Shown here: piece after piece, positions 50,793 through 63,194 of the stretch
How positions within the stretch are numbered: the first letter of the stretch is position 1
How the letters are laid out: the number at the start of each line of letters is the position of its first letter
From: Phoronis australis
Lineage: Eukaryota; Animalia; Phoronida
Assembly: GCA_002633005.1 (NCBI GenBank)
Contig: NMRA01000164.1
Coordinates: 307,442-371,441, forward strand
Direction of reading: 5' to 3'
DNA: 64,000 nt
Notes under the pieces: model-generated
What the model was told of the DNA's origin: nothing
What the model saw: the letters and a program-made list of their open reading frames with translations, nothing else
Database searches by the model: none
Made by a program: the position numbers and the translations under genes

Positions 50793-53700
50793 GTAACTAC
50801 AACTAACCAGGTGTAAGCACACCTTGACAGGTAATCAATCAGGACACACCTTAATTAGTGATGTCACAAGCGCTACCCATTAAGGGATTTGAAGGTGTGA
50901 AGGTCACTTTGACTAGGAAACTCAGTGTACATTGAAAATTTTTCAATTCGTACTACAAAGTTACAGCAAAATTTGTCATCACATAGTGGAATAGTAAATA
51001 CCTGAGAAAATTGTGGTGTGTTCGAATGCCAAAAAATACTGGACTTGTACAGGATTTCGTTCAATCAAACTTTATTTTCGCAAATCTACGAGACCTGCAA
51101 ACAACAAAAACTGCAAGCTTTTTGCACACAACTTACCTCTTGGAAATTGAGCATTACCATGGCACTAGAGTATAGACAGTAAACCCTCCCCCCATTTATT
51201 ACAGTGTTATGATGGAATTTTACCTAAAGGCCCTTTCACACTAATGGTTACGTGTCAATGTTTTGGGGAGTTGCGGTCAGTATGAACGGTAAACTCCAGT
51301 CCAGGATAGAAGATAACAGCGCGGGGCGTTGATGCTGCGGTGCAGTATGAATGATCAACTTCGGTCCCAATGAAGTTATCACCAGAGGTCATTGTAATCG
51401 TCAACAATTAAAGGGCAGTGTCGTCGCTAATAGTTGCTTATAGTTTGCTCGACTTGAATACTTGGCTTGCCACAGTGTGTTGTTCTTCAAAAGTTAGATT
51501 TTGACGGCCAAAGGTGGGTTTATACCCCCTTTAAGTATAAACCAAAGTAGATCTTTCAATTTAGTCATTAATTATATATTTTTTACTAAAACTGGCACAT
51601 TAGTTCATTACTAGGTCATATAACACCTCAGAATGGCTATCAGAAGTAAATCTTTTCTTCTACTTTCTAGGAAGTTGAAATCCTGAAAAATATCCACATT
51701 CAGGAAACTAATTCAAGTGGAAAAGGTCAGCTTGTTACCAACTTTCAGGTCACAATTTTCCAAACAGATAATAACATGGAGACGATGCGCAATGAACAAT
51801 GTGTTTGATTGATTACAGGAAAACATCCTACTCTTGAACACCTGTATGTTTACACATACCTCCAATCAACAATAAACAAAAAATATTTTTAGAAGTGGTT
51901 TTGTAATAGCACAGGAAGTAATTTTTCAGACTGGAATAAAACAATGTCGAGAGTTGTGACTTATCTTCTATGAGCCAATAATGCCCACTTCCTGAAATAA
52001 CGTAGCACCTCTCCAATTCTGCGTTATTTACAAATAACGCTACGCATCAGCAGGGCATTTGTCTCACTGTTGTTATGCTGATCACTATTTTGCATAAATC
52101 CAGATATAATGGTCTGCCTACTGTGTTATTTAAATTATTTTATATGACTTGGTTACTTGAAATATAATATTTTTTGATTAACTATTTTATACCATAATTG
52201 GTTGCCCAATTGTTATTCCAGTGTCACTGAAACTTCAAAGTGAAAATTGTCATAAAATTTCAAGAACGGAATGGGAAACAAAAATCATTAGTCATAAATC
52301 TGGCTCACCTTAAAGGTGTGTTAGCAAATCTACCTTCTAAAAACTAAATCAATCATACAATGCCTTTTTCTACCTTTGTAAGAGAGGAGAGTTGAATTTA
52401 GGAAGAGGGGATTAAATAAAACAATTGTGCCATCAACATGATGAATGGCAAAGGTATGTTCAGGATCTATAGTATGGCCATTCACGAGGATGTTTTCAAG
52501 TTTAAAGAGTGACTTTGACACACCTGGATATAATTAAACATTTAAGCATACCTGTGTACAGGGGTGTTCTATTGGGACATTGTCTCTACCTGACTATGAC
52601 AAGGCTATTCACCAGGTGTTTAATAAGAGTTTCAAGGAATACATTAAAAACTGCTTTGCCAAACAATAGGCTTGCATCAGACAACTGTTGAAACAGTTTG
52701 GAACTTCCTCACAGGACTGACCTAGGTGAAGATAATTAATGCACATATGTGCCCTATTGTGCTACTGTACCTGACAGGCAAAATGCACAGTAACCTGGGA
52801 TTAATTGAATTAGACCAGGATAGTAAAGGACTGAAGATAATAACCCAGACATAATTAAACAACGCCAGACATGCTTCAGAGGGCGGCTGAACCAACATTA
52901 AGATATTCATTTTGTTTAACATTGATAATATCATCCCAACATCATGGGTTCACAATGAAGGAGACCCTAGACCAGTGTGGGAATTTGCAATTAACAAAAC
53001 AGCCCATCACTCCCCATTGATTCCTTGTGTAGAGGAATTAAATTAATCTTGAGATGAAATTCCAGCCCCGGGGCACTACAATTGTCTTTTTATATAGACA
53101 GCTAGGTAAGATAGATAAACTGCAATTACATGAGATGATTGTGAACTCGGGCCTTTTGATAAATTGGTAAAGTGACAATTTGATTCAACTATTAAACATG
53201 AAAACATAGAGTCGGTGCAGTACAACAACCCACTAAGAGGCTATTACTAGCTTCAGTAAAATGAAGAATTTGTTACTCAACTTATCACCAGTTGATGATG
53301 AATTCAACAAGTACGCATCTTTTTAACGCCTCTTAATGAACTACTGGAACAAGGAATTGTCAGAAGAATTCCAACTTTAAAAGCAGTTCGTGTGGTGAGA
53401 AAATAAACTAGGTCCTGGTTTAAATGTCCCCTTCGCAAACATCATTATCTGTCTCTCGCCACTGAGAAGCAACTAGCATTTTCACCTATCTTGTGAACTT
53501 GTGTCCCATTCACATGCTGGTTAAAAGCTGGTAAAAATGCTAGCACCAAAAATACCAGTGATGTGAACGGTTGCAAGGGTCACTTCTACAAGCACTTAGG
53601 TGGAATTTCAAGTTAACCACACCGCAAACTACAATCGTTTTCGTACTGTATGTACTTCAAAGGACACATACATTCACTAAAGCGTTTTTACCAAAGAAAA

Positions 53701-56698
53701 ACTACAAGCATACTTGCCACTCGTGTAACCCTAGTAACCGTTTCAGTTAGGTACCTAATACATGTGGACCTTGGATGTATTACACAAATCCACGCTGCCT
53801 ATCATTCTCCACTTTAAAAGTCACATGACTTTCAGTAAAACCGAAGTTCACAAATACCACAGAGGGGAAATTTAAGCCTACGAAAATACCCAAGGTGTTC
53901 TGAATGGTACCTCATATTTACAAGTAAGCGACTTAAAGAACTTCTAATGATTAAATGTATGTAACGAGGTAAAACACAACCTACAATACTCGTGACTACT
54001 GCAAGAACATTCATATTGCCCCAATAGATCAGATAGTGAGGAAAAAGACCAGACAAAAATATTTATTATCAGCCCGAATAAACAGCTGAAATAAACCCTA
54101 GTCATTATTAACAACGAGAATGCAACAAGAACTTGTTTGAAAACCACAGCCGCGTGTCTTCAGTACTTGGTCTGCCCTTTTGTTGAATTAACATACTGAA
54201 CTGCGTAAATTAATGCAAATCTATGATTTAAAGACTACCTAGATGAGTGAAGGTTTTGTTTAGATAATAAGGATATCAAATAGCATGACCTTATAACTCA
54301 AATATCGTTCAGGATATGTACTTGTGGCTAACCATAGATGTATGGGGGCAGAAGAAAGTCAGTGGAGTTTCTTCCCAGGTGAATTTATCTGAAAACATAA
54401 TGATTATTTACCAATCTTCTTTAATGATGGCAAACGCATAAAGGCAATTTAATGTGTTGTCCAATGGCTTGAATTGCTTTACGCAGAAAAGTTTAGAGCC
54501 ATTTGCAACCAAACTTCTTGAGGCCAGTCTTCAGTGAATCCTTATCAGTCCTAAAATGTACTTTATTGCAATTTTTAGTTTCATAATTCTATTTCTTTTT
54601 AGGAACAAAAAAGCAAACTAGTAAGTGTAGGCTGCTTCAAAATCACATAACTTGTGTTTATAAATGCTGCAATTTGGTCTTGAAGAACCATGCACATGAT
54701 AAAATGGTAAAATCACACAAATTTAGGATACAATATGGTGAACAAGGAAACTTTGATTGTTCATTAAATTTCACAAAACATAATTGAATAAAATAAATGC
54801 TTTATTGTTTTAAACTTCTATACCACAGCTACCATCAACCCATGTTTTAAAAACGCTCTATTAAGAGCCATTGTAAAAAAGACAAAAGGCTAAGGAAAAA
54901 ATGAAGGAAATGGTAGACAGAAGGAAATGAGTACCGAAAAAACACTGGCAAAATCATGTAAGTCACGACTAACTCCTGACAGAGACAACTTCCTTGAAGC
55001 AATACTCAGATTTCATCTGTTCACTTCAATCCCAATCCTTCACCATTCCTGGACCACCTATTACTCCAGTTCCATTTGATTTATCCTAGTTACTAAATCC
55101 TTATTCTGCAGAAATAAAATCTTTAGCAGAGTATTCAAAATGAGTTGAATAGCAACAACAAATCAACACGTACCTTTCACTTAAAATTCTCCTTGTTCAC
55201 TTTCTGAGATGGTTCATTTCAGATAGGACGAGCAAGCGAGTATGTCATCTCAATCCCTCAGTGTCAACTCTACTTATGGGAAGCAATTATGAAAGCCAGG
55301 ATTTGTGATAAGAAAACACAGGTACCACTTGAGCAGAGAACAAAAGGTGCGCTAGGCATGGTAAATACACAGAGAATACCTTCACTCTATTGTTTGCCTA
55401 GGACCCCATAAAGCTGTCTGTAATGAGCACTGCGACGTAATTGTACACAGTCAGTGAAGCAGAGGGACTCAGACTGGGAAGTCAGTGCAACTGATTTCAC
55501 CACCCCCTGCACACAATGGCTGCTAATTACTGGCTAGTCAAGGACTGCCAAGGAGATTTTAATCTTCACTAATCCTTTTCAGTCATTCTTAAACAATGTA
55601 TAGGGCCAGGGGGTGAAGATGATCCCCTAGTTTTTAACTAGCACAGCTGCAGACCAAAGACCTTGCCATACTTTCAGTTTGTCACAAGCTCTAAGTTTAC
55701 CTAGTTGTGCTCAACAGGCTCATCATGGCTGCGTAACTGAAGATTAATTACACCCATGTACCAGTCATACCTGAGCACAACCTAACAGAAAACACATTAA
55801 ACTCCCATTGAAACCTGTTTAAAACCATGTTTGAAATTCCAACGGGTTTTCGGGCTGGCTAGGGTAATTAAGTGGTCCCATTTGAGAGGAGATTACTTCA
55901 GGCTTGAATTGTAGTGAAATTCATTTATTATAGCCTAGATCTCTAATGAGATATTCATGCCCTTATAGGCTTAATGACTCAAAAGGTTCCTTCCATCATC
56001 AAACCGTGGGAACCAGGACTGAACAGAAGAATGCCTGGATCTCAGTCTGGCCAATATGAACAATTGCCCAGTCCTGACACAATACAAGCAAGGACCAATT
56101 AAACTGAGGACCATGTAATACATCAGAAATTATTTCCAGCATTGCTTTCATAGCCAGGTAGACGGGTAGCCATGCGTGAAGCGTATTGTACAGGAGACTC
56201 CAGCCAGTTGTGATCAATTAGTTTTAACTATTCTTGTTGTTCAGGCAATTCTTGGTGCAAATTTTAATAAACATCATGCATGTATTCTCCCAGTTAGTAA
56301 GTACAGCACAAGGCAAAAGTATTTAGAGAGAAAAAGACCTGGAATCCNAACCCCCCCCCCCCCCCCCGGCATGGTGGCTGGATTGGAAGCTGAATTCACC
56401 CTGATGACCAAGAATGAAGAGGAATTTACCAGGAAAGATAGTAAGGTGGCTAAGCCACGCTGTAATTAGAATTTTGCTGCCCTAACAGCCATTACCAGTC
56501 ATTTTTGCTGTTAACAGAACTACCGCAGTCATCATGACGGGGAAATGGTATTTTTGTCTTGACTGCTTTTGACTTGTACTGTATGTGGTGTTTGGATTGC
56601 TACAGAATATTTGTGCTCAGAAAAACGCTAAAACGTAACAGTAAAAGTGAATGAAAACAATATTTCAAAAGTCTTAAGTATGTGCACTCATTGGCATT

Positions 56699-56832
56699 AG
56701 CCACAGGATTGTACCTTTTGAGGGTTAGGGTTAGGGTTAGGGGTTGGGGTTAGAAAAATGAGGCTTCAGAATACATGCATATTAGTAGGATAAAACAAAT
56801 GAAAAAATCCCATTTGGTACAATCCTGCGGCT
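56699..56832. mobile_element. Small inverted-repeat element carrying interstitial (TTAGGG)n
   Basis: 17-bp IR AGCCACAGGATTGTACC / GGTACAATCCTGCGGCT (1 mismatch) encloses AGGGTTAGGGTTAGGGTTAGGGGTTGGGGTTAG at 56721-56753. Confidence 0.7.
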
Positions 56833-57419
56833 TATTCACTTATTGACATGAATTTGTTACTGACTGTTTTAAGTCATAGCAAATGAAAAAACAACTCAAA
56901 CATTTCACCTTGTGAACAGTTCTAAAAATGAATGCAGATGTCCATACGTTAATCAAAATGGCAAATAATGTCAAATGTTCTTATCAGGTGTTTTTTTGAA
57001 GATTTCGTGCGTTTCAAAAAGATTTGCTGACAGAGTGTGACCCTAGATAATAATTACTTAAGTAAATATAAAACATCAACTGATTAAAAGCATGCGTGCT
57101 AAGCAGAATATATTTGATTAGCCGATAAAATTAGTGCAAGAATCCACAATACATATAAATCAGAAGATAATAACGTGATATAAAACAAAATGTACTTTTT
57201 AAAAAAAATACACCATATCATTTGAAAACGACAACGATCTATTTGAACTCAACAGGATCAAACAAATCCAGAAAGGAAATTCACTTTTGATCAAGCTTCT
57301 TGGAAATGATCTGGTTTTACTTAAAGTTATTGATCATTGAATAACTTCAAAACAAACCAGTTTCATATGACGATGAATCTAGAACAATAAATCTGAAAAA
57401 GTAGAGACTTACATCTTAC

Positions 57420-57524
57420 CTAACCTTCGATTTTTCGAGAGCGATTTAATAAATGGGAAAAGAAAGAAATCTCAAGCAGACGTACGTATACCTACAAGTG
57501 CCGTTGAGATGCTTTCATCACTGA
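57420..57524 (-). promoter_or_regulatory. Candidate promoter / non-coding first exon of ZFHX
   Basis: Minus-strand Inr-like TCAGT at ~57524-57520, tandem donors AG|GTAAGA (57419) and AT|GTAAGT (57412), and CCAAT boxes upstream (57553, 57790, 57896). An upstream exon is required because the first coding exon starts at a splice acceptor. Confidence 0.3.
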
Positions 57525-60486
57525 GCAAATCTATAAACTAGCCAAAGGAAATCCAATTGGTTAATGATGATTAAAATTGAGGCGTTAATGAGTAGACCGC
57601 ACAAAAAAAAGAATGCAAGAAGATTGCACGGATGTAAATTATAGTGAATTATTCAACGAGCACATTGCATGCAGTCTCATTAACAGAGACAGCACATAGA
57701 ACAACACTCTCAAATTAGAAAATAATTAAAAAGGTCCAAATCCCAGCAGGATGCAAGGACGCCATGGCTAGATAGGTGGCTCAGCTGCACCAATCAATAG
57801 AGTGCATTGGGTGAGGAGAACAAAAACAGAAGAGAGAATTAATTAGATATGTATTAATGATGCAGTCTCCGACTAATCTCACGGAAAATGTCAAGCCAAT
57901 AGATACGACGCATAAAACGGACCAAATGCCTAAGAAAGAGACGAGACTCAAACTGAAGTATCATAAAATAAACGTCAACATGCCAATGGCAAAACTCTCA
58001 TTCAAACTTAGCCATTAACTCCACAGGAAAAAGGAAAACTCTTTACACAATACATTGTTAGATATTTTTGCATCATTTGACTACATTGAGCTGTCTGTCA
58101 TTTCACTTTATGTCTTTTTGCAGATATTAAAAACTAATCCATGTGTAAATGTTGTAAACTGCATCTGTAGAGAATGAGAATTTCATTTTAATGATATGTC
58201 TGTTACACAAAGATAACTTCTTTTTTAGTTCATCATTGTCAATTTGCTGCCAACCAAAGTTACCAAAAGAGGGCGCAGTTGTCACTCTAGTACTAAATGA
58301 TGAGTTTTGGTATTCAACCACCTCGTTAGGTTTCATGATCAAGATCATTATCTAGATTTTCTTTTCCACCAACACTGTCTTCAGAAGATTACAATCAAAG
58401 ATGTGTAAAATTGTGAACTTTGGGCATGGTGAAGTTCCTTCAAACTGGAACACAATATTATGGCTGAACAGTAAATTTTCATTTTATCAAAATTTTCAAA
58501 AAGAGTAAATAAGAAGACAATTTTACTTGATTATTTGAAAACTGTATATAGTACGGATGTCGTCAGCAAACATGCGATGAAATTTTGATTAATTTTGGCA
58601 ATATAGTGAACATTTGACCATTTTGGCCATTTTTTCTTTCAAAGTTGAGGAAAGTTTATGGTAACACATTTTTACTCATTATCTGATTCCATTTCAACAT
58701 GATTAATACAGATAATTATTTCCAAATAAGAATGTAACACTTGCAACTTCCCATGGCGAGAACAACAGGTAAAATCTTACAATTAGTATTTCTTATTCAC
58801 TGCAATCACTAAGTCAAGAATGTGAGGTGCAATTAAAGACTTTAGTCCTTGCGGTGAGAAATTTTGACATTTTCTATGGAACGACCGATCCTTCAAGTTT
58901 CCCCTCATATAGAGACAGAAAGTATGATGCCAACACCTTCAGGTAGTCAAGGATATTCTACTGTCTAGGTCCAAACTACTGTCACTTCTCTATGGGAAAC
59001 TACATTGGGTCAAAAGTTGTAACTGGAAAATAAGTGGTTTAATTCTGCTTCAGAAAACATGTCACTAACACTCTAACCTGCAGGGTAGAAAGATGCTGCT
59101 GTGTGAGCATTTGATTTAAAAAAGTCACAAATGTGTTGGTGCAAGTGTACACACAACAGCCACATTGTATATCTCCAATTCTGGAGTAACTAGTAAGGGC
59201 AAAACGTAATCACTTTCCTACTCTGTTCAACACAACAATATAGCTGCCCAATCACTTTCAATGGCTGCCATTTTGTTAATGAACTGCTAAGGTTGCGAGT
59301 CTGATGGCAAAACACTAATGAAACCTTGCCATACATTGGCATGGTCATGGGCAATCTTACCAAACTCACAGTACAAGTGCGCTCCAGGTCATGAAAAAAA
59401 TCTACAATACCAAAAAGTGTAAACTAATTATAAGATATTTAGGCCAGGAAAAATATCAGAAGCTATTACTCTGTCTGGCAGCTAAATGCTTAATGAACTA
59501 GACTGAAAGCAGATTCATGCATAATTACTACCTGGAGACAAATACTGTTTGGAAAATATACAATAGAAATGTCACACACTTTGAAATGATTAAATTGGGA
59601 ATGTGGTTAGTAGAAAATAAAAGATGCAAAGAATTCTGCCTTTGTCATATATATTTTCGGGATGTTTTAGGTTGGGCTCAACGTCCACGCCCTTTCGGAA
59701 TCAGGGGCCTGAAAATTGACTTAGACAGGAATTCGGTCTTATACTCCACACAACTATTTCTGAAAAATAATTAGATCTCACTTTAGAAAACATACAAAGT
59801 CTCTGACATTATACCCATTACTTCTAGTTACTGAGATAATTTGTATAAATTAACTCTAGATTGTGATGTTCAAATAACTACAATGCTAATCCTTTATTTT
59901 GCAATTGTGAAGTGGAAGTGTAAGAGCAAATTTCTGTCTTAAAGTCTTAAGTCACTTTTCATGAAACAGACCCCATAACTCATCTGTCCTCACAGTAAAA
60001 TTATGATTTTGTCAACCACAAAGGATTTGTATTGCCAACAGATGGCACTGAAGGTTGCATCACCCAACTAGAATATACAGATGCCATGCTTTTCAAAATA
60101 CAGATTATTACTTGTTCTCCATTTGGCAGTCTCTAAAATTCAAGCCAATTTTCTTAATTCTGAAGATTGAGACATGAGCAACATATCAAATGTAAGACCT
60201 TCCTGATGTCTTCCTCAGTGCATACTAGGTGGCGCTATACACAGGATGTTGTTATATATCGAGTTGAGTGCACAGGAAGTATGAAATGGTGAAGAAGCCA
60301 TACACAGTGACCTTGCGTAGTGTGTTGGTACATCCAAAGGATAAACAGGACATTGAAGACTCTAGTGGTGTTGTCTACAAAAACACCTTGCGCCTCCTGT
60401 GACCATAAATATATTGGCGAGACTTCTAGGAATTTTTAATATTGCCTCAAGGAACATCAGAAGGAGGATGAGGCAATGACTCTTAA

Positions 60487-61353
60487 AGTGTACACAACAT
60501 GACTCTAGTACCTCAAATAAATTTTATTATTATATCTTACTTGATTTCAGTGCCTTTAGTGCACAGCTCATGAAGAAACACGTACAAATTGAAAAAATGA
60601 TAATTATGTACAACGTCATGGGTTGAACCCTAGTCATTCGCCATACTGTTCGGATCAGAGACAATTAAGAGTGAAGTGAAAGCAAAGTACATTTAGTGCC
60701 GAGCAGATTCATAGAGGGATCAAAAGATGTGTTTCCGGAGGCTGCAGCAACAGCAGCCAGGCAGAGAACGTCTCGGTGTTCCAAGGACACCAAAGTTGCG
60801 CAGAAGTGGCATCGCTTTGTGCGCCGAACGAGACTGTGGGACCTCATTGTGGACCAAGTGATTCTGTCCGGGGCCACTCTGTGTTCTGCCCACTCGGCTC
60901 TTAATTCAGGATCGTCTGTTGGATGACTGGGTTGACACACCGAGCCCGAGGCCGCTTCTCTCGCGGGAGGATCCAGTTCGTAAGGCTCAAAGTAGAAAAG
61001 TATGCAGCTGAAAACATATCAAACTCGTTCTCGCTTTCATGCAATCCCATTTCCTCATCCTGGCCACCATTCCCGTACGTTTCTTCATAGTATTCATTCA
61101 ATTCTTGCTCACAATCGTCGTCACTTTCAAATTCACTGCTCTCCGCCATTGTTCAATGCTAGTCACTGATCTCTTTTGTTCAACCCATGACATCACATGG
61201 CGGGAAATGTGAAAATTGGCAAAATTGAAAAAAAAATCAAAATTTCGAGCTTATTACACAAAATGAACATGGGTTTAGCTAAATTTTACGTCATACATTT
61301 AGTCTGAGGCCACCGGTAATTCAAAATTTGCAAAAATCCATGGTGTGTACTGT
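60487..61353 (-). mobile_element. 867-bp Kolobok-like DNA transposon derivative with TTAA TSD and decayed KolX-like ORF
   Basis: TTAA at 60483-60486 and 61354-61357. Imperfect TIRs AGTGTACACAACATG / CATGGTGTGTACTGT. Removing the insert restores the host reading frame. Internal broken minus-strand ORF at 61149 to ~60620. Confidence 0.7.
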
Positions 61354-61608
61354 TTAATAAAACCTTCGCCAGAGCCACTAGAAAAGCCTCTTTAAGCAAG
61401 TTTAATAAATATGCAATCACAGAACATACAGCTAGAGAAAAAACACATCAATGACTGGTCGGGTGTAACTACCAGGAGGCCAATGATCTAAAAAACAAAA
61501 TAAGAAAGTCAAACCACATCAAGAAAGAGATGTGACCCATGAACCGTGACAAGCGCGGATATAAACTCAGTGCAACACATAACATCCTGTGTACAGCGCA
61601 CCCTAGTA

Positions 61609-61655
61609 TGCACTGAGGAAGACATCAGGAAAGGCAGATGTCGAAAATTTCTGCA
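61609..61655 (+). ncRNA. Minimal type I hammerhead ribozyme of the Penelope-like LTR
   Basis: TGCA-CTGAGGA-A-GACATC-(AGGAAAGGCA)-GATGTC-GAAA-ATT-TC-TGCA gives a 4-bp stem I, CUGANGA core, 6-bp stem II, GAAA and a UC cleavage site. Confidence 0.7.
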
Positions 61656-62950
61656 CGTGTTTACCACTTTTTAGATGGAAAAAATGAATTTTCCTGTGTC
61701 AATTTTTATTCAACATCCTGATGAAACTGATTTTACATTGATCGAAAACCTTGAATTTAGACTGACCAATATAGCCAATTTCAAATATAAAATTTGGTAC
61801 AAGCTCTAACCTTGAGCAAAATAACCAATTTTTCGCTGTCCCAAACTGGATAATTTTTACCATACACTAGATTACTAAAGAGATGCAAACAACGGGGCAG
61901 TTCGCACATGAATTGTTCACTGGCTTACACAGCCTGGTGTTTAAAAAAGGCCAAGACGCAACAACTAGATTGCCTGCACCTTTAAATGTTTATGAATCTC
62001 TCCAATTACCCAATATCACTGAAGCTGGTGACAGGTTCAAAGTAAAGCTAACCTGCCTAATTAGGAGAAAAGGTGGGTGACTTCATTAAACCACACAACA
62101 TTGTTTGTGAAATAATCGCTAATAAACCATCAAAGTATGGCAGGAAATCAGACTTTTTCACTGATTACAGTCGACAAGACATGAAACGAAGGTGAAATGA
62201 AATTGCCGGGATTCCACTGTATTGCTGACAACATAACTTTGTTATTACTTAAGATAAAAACCTATGAACTAATAAAGACTAATTAATGAGAGTTACAAGT
62301 ACAAGCCGGTGATTAGAGTATAGGATAAAAGTTAATTAGTGACGCACGGCCGGAACATTGTAAGATTTTTGTGCACGCTGCAGAACTAATGCACATCTCA
62401 AGTGCAAATCGAAAGAACTGAACCTCATCAGGCATCAGGAACAACAACAGTGTTGGACCACAAGTGATTAGTTATAGGCAGGCACAGGATATAGTTGTGT
62501 GGAGAATGGCGAGTTAGCCTCATTCTCAAAAAGGGAATAAATAACGAAAATCAAAGCGCCCAGGGGTACATTTCATTAATGAAAGACAATCACCAGAAAT
62601 GTGCAATGAGAAAACTTTGCTTACTGAGTGGAAACAGTCACACCAACCAGTAACTTCAGTGGCAGTCACTTTGATAATATATGCCAGCAAGGTTCCAAGC
62701 TTACTTGCGAAATACCCGCCTTTCACTTCCATGACTTTGCAATGTCACGCACGATCGTTGTTTTTCTTGCATAAAACATGCTCTACAGGATCCAGCACAG
62801 GAATGGAACACTTGACAAAACTGAATTGGCAACGGTGTCGGTGAGGATGGCTACGTATAACCTTGATGACAATGACCATAGTTATGAAAATTGCAATAAT
62901 GACAAAAAAACTTCAACTATCTAAAACTGCTCAGAGGTGGTGGCGAATTA

Positions 62951-63194
62951 CAACTATTATCAAAATCTCTTGGTCTATTTACACCGACCTCTTGTGTCTA
63001 TTTACGCTGTCACGACGTTTTCGTTGGTCTATTCTCCGGCCATCGTCAGGTGTTCCTGGGTTCTTAGAAGAACGAGCATGGATATATGGTACACTCACTG
63101 ACGATGGCCGGAGAATAGACAGACCAAAACGTTGTGACAGTGTGAATAGTCAAGAGGTCGGTGTAAATAGACCATGAGATTTTAATAATAGTTG
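62951..63194. mobile_element. 244-bp palindrome made of two inverted Penelope-type LTR arms, each with a degenerate hammerhead motif
   Basis: ~100-bp arms (CAACTATTATCAAAATCTCTTGGTCTATTTACACCGACCTCTTG / CAAGAGGTCGGTGTAAATAGACCATGAGATTTTAATAATAGTTG). CTGACGA cores at 63098-63104 (+) and 63049-63043 (-). Confidence 0.7.

Larger units (their letters stand above)
60198..61700 (+). mobile_element. 5'-truncated Penelope-like retroelement (GIY-YIG endonuclease C-terminus plus LTR with hammerhead), interrupted by a nested insertion
   Basis: ~60313-60486 reads LRSVLVHPKDKQDIEDSSGVVYK/PCASCDHKYIGETSRNF*YCLKEHQKE. It resumes at 61358 as NKTFARATRKASLSKFNKYAITEH...DW...MNRDKRGYKLS. 60198-60250 is an inverted copy of 61581-61634. 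Confidence 0.85.

Noticed and set aside
5568-56032. Su(H)/CSL GTGGGAA sites (e.g. 32149, 45678, 56025)
   Set aside because: Number is near chance expectation and no paired-site architecture was seen.
2054-57148. FoxH1 consensus sites (AATMCACA) at e.g. 2054, 19074, 32220, 37884, 45254, 57141
   Set aside because: Scattered and about as frequent as expected by chance in 64 kb of AT-rich DNA, with no paired cluster.
38695-59774. Short ORFs of 60-130 aa across the upstream region
   Set aside because: No recognisable domains and many non-ATG starts; consistent with random ORFs.
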